Source: Neodothiora populina (taxonomy: Eukaryota). Taken from it: a stretch of 64,000 bases of DNA. Shown here in pieces: positions 62,701 through 64,000 of the stretch (its first letter is position 1; each line of letters starts with the position of its first letter). The notes beneath the pieces were generated by a model that made no database searches, had not been told where the DNA came from, and saw only the letters and a list, made by a program, of their open reading frames with translations. The stretch lies in NCBI RefSeq assembly GCF_041146345.1, contig NW_027191413.1, forward strand, positions 682,001 through 746,000. Direction: 5' to 3'. Both the position numbers and the translations under genes were made by a program.

Positions 62701-63640
62701 GTATTGCAATATTCCGGGGAAGGTACCGACGCCAACTTCGTCCATGGCTTGATGACAACTGCCTGCAAGGAAAAACTGTTGAAGAAATTGAGCAGAGATG
62801 TAGGTGCGCGATATCCGGGAGCCTGCGACACAGACGTGGTCCAGATCTTTGTAGCGGGTAATCGTGTCGTAAATCACGTGCGCCGCCACATAGAAGTCGC
62901 CATTTGGGGGCGGAACTTTGCGACTGGATACGGCACCCTTTGCGGCAGACACTGACATCCCGTGTCCGAGTACCTTTTTTTCTGGCAGTAGCTTCCATAT
63001 CCCCAGATTCGAACGTAAATGCTTGCCGCACCTTTAAATCCTTGCGGGAATCTGGGGAAGATGCGTGTTGTGGAGGTGACTGATCTCATAAGAGATGGCA
63101 GTGTTCATCAGGGCATTAATCGGTCAAGGTACTTGTGAGACGATAAAATGTAGAATTCATGTAGCGAATTGCAGAGAGATTCTCGGAACTGCGCAGGTTC
63201 TGCGTCTTAAAAGGTGTCAATAATCTATATATCTAAAGCAATGTGATTCACGCGTTACAAGAGAAGAGGAGACTTTGAGTGAAAACGCGTTCGAGATCGA
63301 ATCGACAAATCCGAGAGAAAAAACTCGTGACCATCGATTATTTGAGTGAGAAAAAAAGGCAAGGGGTGACAAAACAATGTTTAGAAAGAATCGCTATGCC
63401 AATCTCGTGATTGCTGGTATCGTCGAACGCAACTCGTACCAGAGCAGCCGTCAAACCATAAACACAGGAACTTGCCATGTCCTCAGCATACCGTCCCACC
63501 GACTCCAGACCGATCTATAGGATAAAAGAAAACGCCGCGCACAGGTTAAAAGTGTTGACATGTTTGCCGGAAACGCCTCGGGGCTCCTATGGGGTCCGCC
63601 CATTGCCACAACTCCGAATCCCAAAGCTTACAAAGTGCTA

Positions 63641-64000
63641 TCAAGATGAACGTTCGCCCAAGTCGCCGGCAACACTGCCTGTGGTGCTCGATTGGCCACT
63701 GCTGAAGCCGCTGCCAGGGTTCAGGAGGTCGTTGACTTTCATGGCAGACGGCACCATGGGGATCGGAAGTTTTCGCTGCGCACCGTCTTCTCGCTCCATG
63801 ATCTCACTAATGCGAAGGCCGCTGTGATGGGTTGGAATGTACGGCTGTTGACCGTCAGCGGACGGCTCAACAGGAGCAAGGGCGGGAGGCGGTTGTTGGT
63901 GCTGGAGGGAGAGATGGTGAAGAGTGGGGAGCTGCACACCGTTGTGGAAGTATTGCGGACGAAGCCGAGGAGAATGCGATGGCGTAGCCAGCGGAGTGTG
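63641..64000 (-). CDS. creA: Carbon catabolite repressor CreA/Cre1, C-terminal part (5' truncated by window edge)
   Basis: [37 protein letters not shown]...[16 protein letters not shown] and the terminal SVAGDLGER are characteristic of CreA C-termini. Confidence 0.9.
   Translation of the reverse strand, partial: HTPLATPSHSPRLRPQYFHNGVQLPTLHHLSLQHQQPPPALAPVEPSADGQQPYIPTHHSGLRISEIMEREDGAQRKLPIPMVPSAMKVNDLLNPGSGFSSGQSSTTGSVAGDLGERSS

Noticed and set aside
63321..63375. Fragments resembling the MITE TIR (CTCGTGACC, GGGTGACAAAA)
   Set aside because: Short, in the wrong order and with no inverted partner; compatible with chance.

Overview
Eukaryotic, intron-rich DNA from a filamentous ascomycete (Pezizomycotina, inferred from gene content and short GT-AG introns with CTRAY branch points). 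About 20 protein-coding genes can be reconstructed by hand. In order: 3' part of an Aco2/AcoB-type aconitase, an MGLP-start disordered protein, Fol3, Sog2, ribosomal P1, a YPL260W/Cub1-like protein, a small SET protein, TRAPPC13, a DENN+C1 protein, a LaeA-like methyltransferase, Ice2, an SDR, SepH/Cdc15 kinase, class 2 DHODH, a membrane-anchored PDI-family protein, a UapA/UapC purine permease, a small dsRBD-like protein missing from the ORF track, a conserved hypothetical protein, a MOSC protein and the 3' end of creA. I found no tRNA, rRNA, CRISPR array, autonomous transposon or secondary-metabolite cluster. The most interesting locus is 51574-52377. There a three-exon dsRBD-like micro-gene carries a 142-bp inverted-repeat element (MITE-like) in intron 2, able to form a 34-bp hairpin in its own pre-mRNA. 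Its UGA-CUG stop is followed by an in-frame extension with a hydrophobic tail. Other signals: a recurrent non-coding TAAGGTA motif, a GC-AG intron, frequent AAG acceptors, stop-free in-frame introns and an intronic (GAA)26 tract. All gene models and family calls come from manual reading and motif recognition, not database searches.
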